From positions 742,156-806,155 of the forward strand of contig JAAOMT010000523.1 of the NCBI GenBank assembly GCA_016748015.1: a stretch of 64,000 bases of DNA, given 5' to 3'. The notes beneath the pieces are model-generated. The model was not told the origin of the DNA. It did no database searches and worked only from the letters and a program-made list of their open reading frames with translations. Within the stretch, counting starts at the first letter, position 1. Every line of letters begins with the position of its first letter. The translations under genes were made by a program, and so were the position numbers. The stretch comes from Geosiphon pyriformis uo1 (lineage: Eukaryota; Fungi; Glomeromycota). Shown piece by piece: positions 12,720 through 27,575 of this stretch.

Positions 12720-13920
12720 AACTAGAAAAATTCTTTATTTGTGTATATATCAAAAACTTTTCACGAATGTACAAAGAAGAATTAACTATAGTCTGTCTAC
12801 TGTACAACTCCGGGCTTCATTCACGTATTGCAGCAAGGAAAGCCTATATCTCAAGAACATATGCTTATACAAAAAGTAACGCCCGATTCAAAAATTATAT
12901 TTTTAAACAAATAAAAAATTATATCTAATTAACACTTAGTACTGCTTCAATCCTTCGAGAACAGAGGCATTGAAAATTTCCCAATTACAGGGCTCACAAG
13001 ATATCTGGATAGTTCCAGATATTTTATAGAATTTGCGGAAAGGATTGGTTTTTGAGGAGTGGTCATCACAGTGTTGTTCTAGACTAATGGAAACAACATT
13101 AACCAGGTATAATTCTCAAAAACTAATTAAATTCCATAAAAATTAATTCGACTCCAACTTACACCATCGTCATTGTTCCTCATTTTTAGATGCACGCTGG
13201 AGGAATTGTCATATGAGCAATTTTTAATCCTTCATCGCGATACCATCATTGGTATACCACCATTCAATGATGATTGGCATGCGCTAGATGGAGCTTGGCA
13301 AAAGAGATTTCAATTGAGAGACGATATAATAGGAAAATATTAGCATTTTAGAATTTAATTTTATTTCCATTGAATTTTTTCTGCAATGTGGATCGACACA
13401 TTATCTTGCTGAAAAATCGGGTAGCTTCTAATTAACATATTATTTGCGTTCTGAAATGGTAACAAGTTGGTTTTTAACATTTCAAGGTAACTATTTGCAT
13501 TTATTTTTCCGCCATTTTTTGTATTTATCATAACATACTAATCCTTTTAATCTCCCCCTAACCCATTACAGATTTTCGTCCAATTTTGAAAGTAGGCGTC
13601 AAGCAATTAGCATTAAATTTCTCTCTAGTGTGCCGACAAACTCTTAGTTGTCGTGATTGCTTTCCAATCTCCACATTCATTCATCAGAGAAGATAACTTT
13701 TCGCCAATCGTAAGCGCTTTTATTTTTATTTTCCTCCCAACACCCAACAAGGATATAAATGTGTGTTCTGTGATATAGGCTTTCTTTGCTACAATACGTG
13801 AATGAAGTCGGGAGTTGTACAGTACATTTGCTGCGGCAGTTGACAGACTATAGTTAATTCTTTGTATATTCTCGCAAGTGAAGCTTTGTATAAGGTTCGG
13901 CTTGGATGTAGTTTTCTAGA
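12720..13920. repeat. Imperfect inverted-repeat pair (~12720-12870 and ~13755-13920) flanking ~0.9 kb
   Basis: TACTGTACAACTCCGGGCTTCATTCACGTATTGCAGCAAGGAAAGCCTATATC matches the reverse complement of GATATAGGCTTTCTTTGCTACAATACGTGAATGAAGTCGGGAGTTGTACAGTA; GAATTAACTATAGTCTGTC is also mirrored. Confidence 0.85.
13087..13343 (+). CDS. Putative two-exon 57-aa ORF or gene fragment inside the inverted repeats
   Basis: Exons 13087-13106 and 13190-13343 with a GT..AG intron join in frame: METTLTRCTLEELSYEQFLILHRDTIIGIPPFNDDWHALDGAWQKRFQLRDDIIGKY. Confidence 0.4.
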
Positions 13921-14320
13921 ATTGATGTGTTATCCACCTTAATCGAGTCTAACCAGATACCAAAACGCCGCGAGCCTGGTCGCGCCAAAGACTCTTGCAA
14001 GTCTAAAAGAAACGAATTAGCGAACCAAATTGTGACAATTTCGCAGGTCGTTTTACATACGACTAAATCTTTTCGTAAAAATTTTTTACTTTTTCCTGTT
14101 CTTTTGCACTTGACAATGAAGCGGTGTATTGTTGTGAGATCAAATCACGTCCAAGCAGTTTTGCGACTTGAGCAGCAGTATGGTTTCCATGTATGCCAGA
14201 ATCTGCCTTTTTCAATTTTTACATGATAAAAAGTAAATAAAAACTTAATTAAAAAATGGTTACACATGGGTACTGTACAAATAGATGTTATGGCATCTTA
14301 GATTTTGAATATCGCTTGCA

Positions 14321-15653
14321 ATGATTTTGTTAGACTACCACAACGTTGTTGTAGAGGAAACTTTACAACCCCTGGTGAGGTACAGGTCTTTTAACCCTAT
14401 CAAATATTTCTATTCTCTTTACAATTTCCTCATTTAACGATTCTTTCTGCAGTCTTGAGCCTATTACTTTGGACTCGACTGTAGTAGATTTTGACGGTGT
14501 TGCTTACCATATTACCACTCCTACTTCCAAATCTATTATTCTCTTTTCTCTTTCGTGGCAATGTTTTAAAGAGCTTGTCAAATGGGGCGCCAACGATATG
14601 CTTCTCAGAGAGTACGGTCCTTATATATACCAAGACACAGAAAAAGGGTTCGACTTGACACTTGAATTCAATTTAAAACAGTTGCCGGAGTCAAAAGGTG
14701 TTGGTTTTCGTGTTATATGACACCAGAACATTAAAAGGTGCTAATAATTTATGATTCAAATATGATACAGAGGAGAGGGAGCAACTTGTAAAAAAATTAT
14801 CTCTTATAAAGCGCAATCTCCTTGCACAGCCTTTCGAGCGAGCTTTTCTACAACAAAGGCAATTTGAAGATGAAAATCAACCAAATCCCGATCCTGATCT
14901 CATGCAAATTCATTATAGAGAACGAGAGGCTATTTATATTCAGGCGCAACATGACCGGGTAACAGTTATATTTTCTACTTTATTCAAAGAAGAGACTGAC
15001 CGGATTTTTGGCAAAGTATTCCTTCAAGTAAGTGAAATATAATATGCAACTTTTTCATTTTATTGATTATTTTCTAATTGTCGCGTGTTTTCTTTGAATG
15101 ATTTTGGACTATTTGATAGGAATTTGTCGACGCACGTCGTCGTCCTGATATACAAAATGCGCCACAAGTTCTTTACTCTAATCGCGAACCACCTCTGGAA
15201 ATTAGACATCTCCCGGAGTTCAAGGCATCGGGAGATAGTGAAGAAATTGGCTACGTTACATTTGGTTAGTATCTTAAGATATATCGTAGCCTTATCATGC
15301 TGGATCGCTAATAAGCTCGCATAATTCCTTCATAATTTTAGTTCTTTTCCCTCGTCACTTTGGAAAACCAGATGTAAAGGAGGCAACCATATCTCAAATA
15401 CAACTTTTCCGTGATTATCTCCACTACCACATAAAGTGTTCGAAAGCCTACATGCATTCTAGAATGCGTGCACGCGTGCAAGCTTTCTTGAAAGTGCTAA
15501 ATAGGGCTAAACCGGAACCTGGTGTTGTGGAAAAGAAGACAATCAGGTTGGAATCTTCACCTTTAAGCTTACTGAATTGAACTCTGATCGAATTAATCTT
15601 CTTTATTGCCTTATCTACACTTCAATAGCGGGAGGACTGTGGTGCTTTCCTAG
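14321..15653 (+). CDS. ARPC2: Arp2/3 complex 34 kDa subunit (6 exons)
   Basis: Exons ~14321-14379, 14453-14697, 14771-15027, 15120-15264, 15342-15546, 15629-15653; MILLDYHN, DFDGVAYH, IHYREREAIY, FGKVFLQEFVDARR, FRDYLHYHIKCSKAYMHSRMR. Confidence 0.96.
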
Positions 15654-16296
15654 AGTTGATCACGAAAATCCAGCATTGTTTCATCCTGCCACGATATACT
15701 GAATTCAGAAGACGAAATTTTGTAATCTTTAAGAGTTACAAATTAATAGAAAAGTCATTTGATTAGAGTAATTTATAATGGTTTTATTCATGCTTAAAAG
15801 GTTTTGAATGTTGATTTGGATTACAGGGTTAAAGTGTCCAGGAGTTTCGCGTGTAGACATGTATATCCGGTGTGCCCTCTTTGGAAAAGTTAACGTCATA
15901 CCTGAAATCCTTGAAATTCATATCTTGAAAAAGCATACCGGAAATTCTTAATAATGAACATCGGGCCAGAACTATATAACCACAAATGGAATCCACCTTT
16001 TCGGATTCTTTAAGATGTAAACTCATTAAATTATTATTTGGGTATTATAGTGACTAATACTAATGGTTTGAAGTATATTATATTTATTATCTGACCCGGG
16101 ATATCAAAAAATGGATGACGATTTTATCGTCCCCAAAAGGAAATTGGAAAATATTAAAGCTGAAAATGATTAGGCATACTTAGACGCTGTTCATTTGGCA
16201 CTTCATCATTCTCTTGTCATTCAATGCAAGGTTTTGTTTCAGGATTTAAGATGCTCCAGTATTGGCTAGTCTGAGCGTTTACCATCTTTAGAACTC

Positions 16297-19200
16297 TCAC
16301 CAATCTTTCAAAAGATGTTCCACCCTTTGCAGAAATTGGTCTCTCAACATACCGGAAACTCCAGGGGGCTCTCTCCAAGGATCTGTATCCGTAGAAGTGA
16401 ACGAGCCTAGTTCCATTGCATCAAAATCGATTTCATCGACGATCTGATTATATCCACAATCAGTAGGGGTTTGGTCATTTTGATCAAGTCTTGGATTTGC
16501 CATATTGACGGACTTTTCCATAATCGGGGAATTAATATTTTGCTGTTGCGCCCGACCCATATATAACCATGGCATCCTCTTGCCAAGCGATTTGATGAGT
16601 TTATCCAGTTTTGTTTCCTCGCAATCCTGTCGCCAGTATTCTTGAAAATTGACACGTTGTTCAGAGGTTCGATATTCTTCTACAAGTTTAAGCTGAGAAG
16701 GACGATTAATTAAAATTAGTTCGAGATCTTTTAATCAAGATTGCTGTAGATAGCCTATGTATCATCGAATTGTGAGCTTACAAGTTCGTCAGCTTCTTCT
16801 TTGGAAAATTCATCATTATTGATCAAATCATAAGTAAGCTGTTTAGGCTGCCCACGCTCTTCGAAAGATGTGTTCACATAATACCAGTTAATTACAGAGA
16901 GAGAGCCGGGAAGTTGGCGATCGTATGGCCCTTTAACAAGAGAAGGAGTATTAATTGAGAAACTCTCAAGGTCATAGATCTCATGTGGTTCTTATAATTG
17001 ATTGCCTGCTTTTTTTAATTTCCAAAGATCTAACTAACCCACCCACCCACCGATGATAGCTCCAACAAAAGGTTCTTCATTTTTGGTGTCATCTCTGAAC
17101 AGTTGTTGATAATTTTTCTGATTCTGCAGGTCAATGATTGATGGATCTGGGGCGAATGTTGGATGGGAATGATACCAACCGACCACACGCATATCTCGAT
17201 CATGAATCGCTTGACGTACTTCCCATTCAGAGGTTGGGTCCATTTCTACATTGGTATGATCCTGACCAGTTTCTAGTGATCGACATGGGAAGGTTGCTTT
17301 GATAATCAATTCTAAGATGTGATATATAAGCGACCAAAAAGGAATTTCTTGAAACTGAAGAAATTGTAATCAACAAAATTTTGCAATCAAATCAAAATAC
17401 TCTTTTCTTCAGCATTCCAATGCCCTGCCAAAAATCCAATGATTTCAGTCTGCATAAGATGGGCATGGAAATCCATTGCCAGTAATACATTTGACTCTAC
17501 ATTGATGGAAAATGGCTGACAACCATATGTATTCGAATTCGGGATACCATAAAATGGTTCGCATTTTACCATCGCAAAAGGATCTCTATATCAATTTTTG
17601 AAATATTAATCAAAAATTTGCATAGAGGAAAATCGGGTTCTGACTTTAAATCGTTAAGCCATACGTATCTTCCCCATCAATCTGAACAAAATTGATGGAT
17701 GGGCGTTCTCTGACACTTCGCAACCTGCTCTTAGCGTATTCTGTTCGTCCATCAGCACCATAAGAGTTTTCAACATTTAAATCTGGAGGGGACTCTTTCG
17801 TAACTTTTTGCTCTTTTCGTTTATATCTGGAAAAGTTGTCCCGATCAATATACTATTATTATTGAACTTTGACCATTTTTAGGATTTTTACTCACACCCT
17901 TGGAATCTTTTTGTCTCTCTCTTCTTTTATTTTAGGAATTTTGTATAAGCGAGAAGAAATTCTGCCGTCAGGTGTAGTAGATGCGCTAGTGGAAATGGGA
18001 ACATAAGAGTCAGACCTAGGATCACCCCAACTTTTAGGTGTTGTTGTTCCAGAGGGCGGTGATCCTGTTTGTACAGGGAAGTCGTTTCGAGATTTAAGCT
18101 TGCTAAGATAAGGTTTTGCTGCCGCAGAATCGGGGTCGAGGTCTTTCCCTGACAATGTGTAGCCACATCCTGATTCTTGAACCTAAAACATGAAAATTTT
18201 TATAATAGACTCGCCCATTAATTCAAATACAGGTTGCCTCAAGCCTACTTTGACTGGCAATGGAAGACCGTCACGATAAAGTTTAATGAAATGCTTTTGA
18301 GCATGACTTCTGATAGAATTAGGGTCTCTGGTACCAATGTGTTCTGCAAGCTAGATAATAAAATGTTCTTAAGAAAAGATTCACATATAAAAGGCAATAA
18401 ACTTTTTGCGTATCTCACTTTTTGCCAGTCACGTCCCCAAAGCTCTAAAGCTTCTATAAATAAATACTCCTCCTGTTCGGTGTAAGTGCCACTGTTTGTG
18501 CCCGGCGTCTTGGGCCTTGAAATTCTTTCCTTGCGCTTTTTGAAAGCAACCTGGTCAGATCCTGGTTGTGGACCAAATGTTGATATCAAATCTGATTTCA
18601 TCGTTGATTTGATAGCCGATGAAAAATCAGTCTTGACTGAGATCTCGTTTGATAAACTTGGCTCAGATCCTGGCAGAGGTTGAACAACACTTGGTTTTAT
18701 CTCGGATGGAGGCTCAAAGTATTGTTTTGACTCAAATTGAAGCACACCATCCACAACTGTATTATGTACTCTTGGCTCAAAAAAGCCATCAAAATTATCA
18801 TTTTTGATAGTTTCATCAATAACGCCCGGGAATTCCTCATCTGAGTTTTTGGGAAACTCATCGAAGATTTTGACTGCGCCAGAAAATTTGGGGGGTTTAT
18901 GGTTGTTTTTGAAGGTCTCTGCTAGGCCCTCATCTGCTGTCGGCGAGGACTCATTTTGTAATTTTCTTTTCTTACCGCGCGTATTTGCTAGAGAAAGAGG
19001 AAGATTAATCAGAAAAAAAACTAAATTCAGAGCATATTGATAATTGAGCTTGCAATATATCGCGAGGTATAAAATCAACGCGTCTCAGAGATTTACATTA
19101 AAAACGTGATTATAGTTTTTTTTCTTTGGTGGTGAGTCAATGGTGGCGTAGATTCTACACAAGCCTAACCTTGTTTTTTGGGTTTCCCGTGCCTGTTTTT

Positions 19201-19467
19201 GGAATGAGGGTTATAATCATCATCTCGACCTGTATCATCTGATTCATAATAGGTTTCATATGTGCCACTATTATATTCAGAATAATATGGATGTTCTTCA
19301 AGATATTCGTCTTCAGCCAACAATTTAGCAATGTAAGCATTTGACATTTCCTCTTCCTCTTGTTTGGTTAGTGACCCAGAGTCGGGCTTGGGGGTATCAA
19401 GACGGTGACGTTTTGCGGGGGGCAATTTACTCCCATCAGTCAAAGCGGTTTGAGCTTTCGGAGGCAT
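16297..19467 (-). CDS. Myb/SANT plus MPN(JAMM) domain protein, MYSM1-like deubiquitinase (multi-exon)
   Basis: SANT: YTEQEEYLFIEALELWGRDWQK|LAEHIGTRDPNSIRSHAQKHF; MPN: MDFHAHLMQTEIIGFLAG and VGWYHSHPTFAPDPSIID; start MPPK at 19467; the 3' end (KDW*) is less certain. Confidence 0.85.
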
Positions 19468-20512
19468 ATTGCGGGCTGTTTTATATCTCCAATTTGTGAT
19501 CACCTCTCTCGTAGGACGCGCCTAGTGTAAATAATAGTGAATCACTGTCTTTCCACCAAAACGGGAGCTTCTCGCTAACCGTTTGAGGGCAGACAACAAA
19601 ACTTGTCGGGGTAATCAAACTCTGTTCGCGCGTCATCAGTGAGCGCGTTCGATAATTACATTTTAGGTCCAATTCTGACGGTCTGAGTCAGTCAGTCAAT
19701 TTATGGGGGAGATTTATTGTAAAACTATTTTACAAAAAGCTTTTCTTGTCAATTTTTTAAAATATTGAAATTATTCGTAATAGAGTTCATGTTAACATAA
19801 AAATTTCACAGTATATTAAATTAAAGCAATAAAATATAAACTAAATTATTAATAAGATTTTCAAAAAAACAATTTCAAAAATTATAAATATTAAATCGTA
19901 AAATCAGTTTTAATTTTGTATTAAAATTAATTAATTAAAATTTATATAGGCATATATAAATATCATGCATATTTTTTTACTTAATAGTTTTATTTTAAAA
20001 GCAAAAATGATAGTTATATTAATTAAAACATAAAAGAGAATTTTAATTAAATATAAAAATCAATTAAGTTACAGAATATTAAATATAAAACATAAATGTA
20101 ATATAAAAGATTTTATTAAATACTTGACTATACGTATGTACAAAAGTAACGCCCGATTTTTTATATTGTTACACATGTTACTTTTGGTGCCTACTGTAGA
20201 TATTAAAATAAAATGTTTAAACAATGATATTTTTATCACTCAAGCCTTAGTTTTTGATCCAATCTTTGGTGCAAAGAAATAAAAGCTAAGAATAAAATGG
20301 TTTTTTAAATCAATTCTTTTCTATGTTTTTAATTTGAACAAGGTAATATTCCAAAATTGCTAATTACAAGTCGCAAAAATGTTTGACCCACTTGAAGCAC
20401 CACTAGAAACATGCTCATCAATATTAAATGAACTATAATGCAAATCTAAATCTTAGGCACTAGTGAAACTCATCAATATTCATTGTTTGCACCGTCAATT
20501 ACTAATTTCAAT

Positions 20513-22792
20513 TCAAAATCCCACCTTGAAAGATATCGTATTACATGTTAAATCATGTAAATTTACCAGTACAATCAGTCCAGTTTCAGCAAAAGACGGC
20601 AGCAATATGATTCGGGTATATTGCCCATCAGCTCCTAAATAAAGTTAAATGTTGAGCGAGGGTGGTGAAAAAGAAAAGATTAGAAAGTACCTTCAATAAC
20701 AGTTGTCGCAAATTCTTTTTGATTTCCAATAAAATAAACATGGGGTGTTTGGGAAAGAATAAAAGGATCCTCGTCACTGAACGGATAGCACCCTTAAATA
20801 AAATACCAGTCATGAAAATTTCTGGAAATTTAATAAATGTTATGTATATCATCAAAGAATTGCTTCACGTACATAGTGTGTCTGGAGATGTCGGAGCAAT
20901 GTGACGCCACAGTAGTGTTTTCTCGGCAAATTCTAGGCGATTATTGCTTTCGACATACTTGAAAATATCATCAATAGTTTGACCCGATGTACCAAGAAAA
21001 CTATGTAGTTTGCAGAAATAAATAAGTGTAAAACAGACAAGACACTAGGCAAAAATCAGAGTAGACTTACATGACATCATCTATTTCACACCAATAAGGA
21101 TTAGTAACAGCATGAAAAGATGAATATCTAGAAGCCTTTGGCAAAAAATTTGAATTAATTGGTTGCTGTGGTAATGTTGCATTCGAAGGGTCCTGAGGTC
21201 CAGGCATTAGATCAACATTAATTGTTGGAACTACAGCTTCCAAGAAGGTATCGAATTCACTGGTTGGCTCTTCATCATAATTACAAACATCATATCCGTA
21301 TTTTTTCTTTGTTGAGCAATGGGAAAAACTTTTGTTGATGAGTGGATGAAATCCATTGAATCAAGATGAGACATTATATTTCCTACCAGTTTGTTTTCAT
21401 CTTCAATAAACCTGGCTTCTGTTAGGCTATTACCCGCAATAACCAGACGAGCTATCTTCGAGCTCATTTTTTGATCCTTCGATAAAGAATTCAACAAGAA
21501 GCTTGTCAAAAAGCAATTCAGATCAAACAAGCAAAAGATGTTTGAATATAAACTTTATACCTGTGAACTTCCCAAGTCGCCGGTCATATAATCCATGAAA
21601 AGGTCTAACTGCGTTGATTTTGAATAGTCATTACCAATATTTAAACCTGAAACAAGTGCCACATATTTCGCGTCCGACTCTTCTCGCTCTGATCAAAAGA
21701 GCTTTGGATTGATCTTATAATTTTTGATAAAGCTCCACTTATAAATTATATCATTATAACTACCAGTTTCCATTTCATCCGAATGTTTTTGGGAAGGAAG
21801 ACCAGCATAACAAATATCTACAACCTCAAATTCACCAGCTGTATTTTCATTACCCAAAACAGCCATGATTATCCCTAGAGAGCGAAAAAATTTCAGATAA
21901 ATAGGTCAAAAAATCGGCAAAACGACTAAAGTATCAGGAATAGAAAAACTTGCCTGTTACCAAAATCTCCTTTTTCAGTTTGTCGCCGGTTAGCTTTATT
22001 CGCCCAAATTTATCTTCCAACATGTACTCATCTTTTTCACTATAAAATTTTTCGCGCGGTGTCGGAATATCTGTCCAGTGCTTCATAATAAAGATCCAGC
22101 TCTAGTAATCTGGGGAGAATTCAGTCTTGGTGAGATAATAATGAAATATTCGGACACACCTCTTTTGTGACCTCATCAAGGATATTAGGCTTTAATTGCA
22201 TCTCAATGTATAATGTTCCAATGATAAAACAAAGGATGCCGGGTTTCACATTCAATATTTTATTAACATATCGTGATCCATGTTCTACACTCTGGATTCC
22301 TTTAGAAGATTCAAAAAAATCGGTCAGCTACAAAGTTCTCTTTATTAGGACATATAGTAGTGAAACTATTATAATTGACGACTATTCTCAACAACTGATC
22401 AGAGGTTCTTTCCATCTCACCATCATCAATCGAATCCCATTTTCTACGGGCAACATCCAAAACAATAGGTGCCAGTTGTGTGTATCTAATAAAGTATAAA
22501 TTAGCATATTGGTGACTATAAGAAGCTTCCCTAAGCAGCAACGCGTCTCGTAAGTCTGGGAGTTCATTGTAAGTAACTTCAACGCGTTCAAGCGTCCTGC
22601 TAGTTGAAGATGTTGCCACGTTCGAAAGTAGATGATGGGCAGGTCTAGCACAGTTTAACTTCACATGAGTTCATCCAAGTTCTCTCTATCAGCAATAAAC
22701 GAATAAAGTGACAAAACTAAGTACATGTTTGAGTCTGTAGACCCATCAGAAAGTGTAGAGGAATTCCCAGCCATAGCGTCAACAGAAGGCAT
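20513..22792 (-). CDS. POL31: DNA polymerase delta small subunit (multi-exon)
   Basis: QYANLYF, VALVSGL, IARLVIAGNS, MPGPQDPSNATLPQQP, FLGTSGQTIDDI, WRHIAPTSPDTL, PHVYFIGNQ, LLPSFAETG; first exon MPSVDA.. splices in frame to PAHHLL. Confidence 0.94.
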
Positions 22793-23669
22793 ATCAGAAA
22801 GTTTTAAACCTTATCCTGTTCACAATAAAAATAACAGGTACAAGTTTAACAAGCCAAACGAGTTTGGCATAAAGACGTCGCCATTATATGTTACATCTTT
22901 ATCCCATACAATTAATAAATTTCCTGTTTTCTATTCAAGATTTACAGGATTCATCTGAAAACTGGCCAAAATTTTGATGATCTCAAAATACCTGTGATTA
23001 TAAAAATCTGGTTTACCGAATAATTCTTTCACAACAAAAACTTTCTACAGGCATATGTATTTTATCTTCCACATTTTATAAGGCTTATCTGATTTCTACA
23101 AGAAATATGAATAAAAAAATTAGGGGACTTAAATATGTGAGTGTATTAACACTGTGATTATGTGAGAAAGAAATTTGCATAGACTTGTTGCAAAGTTTTT
23201 GTGTTGGCCGATATGATAAAAACGGGATCGGAATTTCCTTTAGAAAACAGTTCTCTTCGTTGAGTCCAAAATCACATTTATTGAGATTTTAGCGATTCCG
23301 AAGATTGAGTTGAGGAAAAATGACCGCTTTTAAACTTGATCTTATTTGATCGGCGAAATATCATTCTTATTCGTTGTTACCTATTATTACTACTATTATT
23401 TCTTTGTGTTAGTATGTATAATTTCGCTAATTGCACCATATTTTAATTTATATTTCACGATATCGGGGAGAAACATAATAAAAGAGGATTATCTTAAACT
23501 CGGATCATTTTTTTGAAGACACGGATGTTATTCGTAATTTCGTTACAACACAAATAGTTTCGCGTGAGATTAAGAAATAGTCATGAATTGCATTTAAATA
23601 TCGATACAGAGGAACATAACCTTGGTCAATATTTTTCTAATGATACACAATTTTCCTCCCGGCAATATA

Positions 23670-25255
23670 TCAATCCAAACCGGAGGTTAGGGAAATTTTC
23701 CTGATTCGCGCAACAAAAAATCCCGAGATTTTGGAAATCACCGGATCAAAGCGAACTGTTAGTGAGAGATCCGCCATGTATTGAGTTTTCTTTATAGTTG
23801 CTGTCTTCAAGTCACCAATAATAATAGGTTCTAGCTTAGAATCTAAATGTTGAGTAAGAAACCATCCAATTACATCCTCGTTCTGCTTTGGTGATAAGGT
23901 ACATGTACTATAGACAAGGATGCCCCCAGGTTTAAGAAGCTTCCAAGCATTCTCAAGAAGATTACGCTTTGTTTAAATAATGTTGAGATGGCAATCAGTG
24001 AAACCCATGACAAAAATCGGAGGCAACAAATCACCTGCAAACTCCAAAGATTTTTAACTCGATCTGGATCCATAAAATTTTTTTCAAAGGCTTCCCATCC
24101 CCATTTTTCATACTTATGAAAGAAAATTAATACACATCAGAAAATCCCAACAGATTTTAGGAAACATTCAATGAAAGCTGGAATACTTTAAGAATATGAG
24201 CTATTGATCCATCGTGTGTGCATTCTGCATCCACAATCACCTTCACAAGGATTATAGATCAAAACATTGTTAAATTTTGCTTAAAGGAATAAATACTTTA
24301 ATTAAAAGACTGAAATCTGAAAAACCAATATACCTTATCATATAAATACAAAGGATCTTTCTTTTGTGGATCATTTCGAAGAATTTTTGGTGCCCAAAAA
24401 GGCTTAATCACAATATCTTCTTTACATTGAGGTGATGAAAAGTTCCCTTCTCGATTTAAATCTTCATCTCCAAAATTTTCGTCTCCCTGACATTCAACAA
24501 TTTTGAGAGCCCGCTTTAAAGGTATTAAATCAGATGGCGCAAGCACCGAAAATCTGGTTCCATCCTCGACAAATATTCTCGCGCGGATCACTTTGTATTT
24601 CTTGAGCAAGCTTCTACATGTGGCGGCGCGATTTTTCGAAATATCAACTCCGGTCACTGTGCCGACCCCTTTATTCCCTAATAGATCACATATCATGCAG
24701 AGCTTGGCACCAGGCGCACAACATAAATCTAAGATATGATCGTTCGGCTGGATTTCAAGAGCGTGAACAGCTATTCCGGAACTTAGGTCAATTCCAAATA
24801 TCTACTTTGATAACTTTTAATAAAGATTTTAATGGTTCATTCATTTTCTTGAACTATTTTGGTGATAAATGGCCTTTTTTTACCTTGCCTTCCTTGTACC
24901 TATTAATTGTATAAAATTTCGAATCAATCAAGTTTAGACCATTTCAATTCCAAAAATAAATTAGTTCACCATACGATTGGCAGGTTGCGATCTTGCTTTT
25001 TCCATCTACTTCAAAAAAACCATCAATCCCAGTCACCGGTTTCACCGGCCCCTTTAATTCAGCCTCCAATTCATCTCTGCGGACCGGATTTTTATGGTTA
25101 GTGTTCAATCGAATGTAACGAGGGAGTGCCTGATTTTGGTAGATGATGGGGTTGATTTCGTTTTCTTTGAGGAACTCGAGAAAAGTTTTAGGTAGTGATT
25201 CAATTGAAAACTTCTTGACTTTAATGATTGATTTGTCGTGGTCAATAAAAGACAT
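23670..25255 (-). CDS. RsmB/NOP2/NSUN-family RNA m5C methyltransferase (multi-exon)
   Basis: ILDLCCAPGAK (SAM-binding), DKVIVDAECTHDG (motif IV), LVYSTCTLSPKQNE (motif VI), SGFFVARIRK. Confidence 0.9.
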
Positions 25256-25816
25256 TTTATCAAAGAGGTATGATTGATAAATTGATAAATTTAATCTCAG
25301 ATCATATTTTATATTAGAGGATGACAAAATCGCTATATGATAGACTGAACAAGTCTTATCAGTTATAATGTTTTATTATAATTAGATATGGCCTAATTAA
25401 AGTAGCCTAATGTGAATTATAGATTTGGTATGCAATTGCCATTCCGAATAAGTATTAAGTTGGTTTTTAAACATCATCATTAGGACATTACAAAAAATTG
25501 CCTCGCAAAAATGTAGAATACATTTACATATTAAGATGTAGTGTGGTGTAATATTGTATTTTAAAAGAAATCATTGTGCAGACGAATCATTATCATAATC
25601 CACAACCCCAATCCCTTGCTTTTGCTGGCACAATTGAAAACACAATTTTTTGGAAGGAGGATGGAAAAAGCGGGCGAATTTTTTTTTGCTTCAATAAGCC
25701 ATAGATGGAAAGATGTCAGAATAGGTGAGAAATATAATAGATAGTAAAATAAACAAAAGAATTTCTGGACAATTTGCATTTGAAATAGTACATAAACAAT
25801 CCAAGACTTTTCATTT

Positions 25817-26672
<856 letters not shown>

Positions 26673-27551
26673 CTAAACTGCAAAAATAAGCTAATAAATT
26701 CTATAAGATAAAATCTAAGGTGGGAAAATGAAATAGCTTGTGATTTTATAAAATTCAAAAGCGAAACAATAGTGATGAAGTGTGTTGGCAAACTCCCTGA
26801 CCAAAGAGAGTTGGCTAAATTTATATGATTTTTTCGACAATTTGCTGTCTTTGATGATGTGCAGAATTATTGGTTGTAGTTTACGGCACGTGACTATTTA
26901 GGTTGTACAAAATGCAGGATGATTTCTATAATTTCCAAATTATTAGGCCAAAGATAATTGGATAAATTTGAACAATGCACAGTGTTCAATCAACAATTGC
27001 CAAGTGGGCCTAACTTAAAATGCCAGGTATGAAGGTCCAATAATATTAAAAATTATGTTTGGCACAGTATAAATAAATAGTGACGTGTAAAAATATTACT
27101 GAGCACACAATTAGAGGTTTCTCCGCGGTTAAAAAAGCACGAATTTACTTTGTATAGTCACGTAATAATAGCGGGACTGAATCATATTTCATGAAATTAA
27201 GTTCTTTTATCGCTGAAAATAATTTTTCAATAACAATCTAATTTTAAATTTAATAAATGCTTTATTTTGTAAAATTATATACTATTTAATGTTTTAAACT
27301 AAAAATATTATTTTTATAAACATTGTAATTTCAAATTCATTTACATGTAAAAAAATTTATTATAATATTTATTATCAATTTTATAACTAAAATAAACAGT
27401 AGAAGGACCACACTTTGTTAAACTAATAAAAAAATATTAATTTGATTATTAATAATAAATAAAAACAAAATTATCAAAATACTTTTTATTAATTAAATAT
27501 TGTAATATATATAATTAAGATAAAATAATTAATTAATAAAATAAGTTTTAA

Positions 27552-27575
27552 ATATATATATATATATATATATAT
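27552..27575. repeat. (TA)n microsatellite
   Basis: Run of about 12 TA units. Confidence 0.85.

Noticed and set aside
15829-16026. 65-aa ORF as last exon of the MPN gene or a separate gene
   Set aside because: No recognisable motif and no convincing in-frame splice path; the gene plausibly ends at 16297.
26772-26855. C/D box snoRNA-like motifs (GTGATGA..CTGA)
   Set aside because: Antisense to ARF1, no clean terminal D box or stem, and no recognisable guide.
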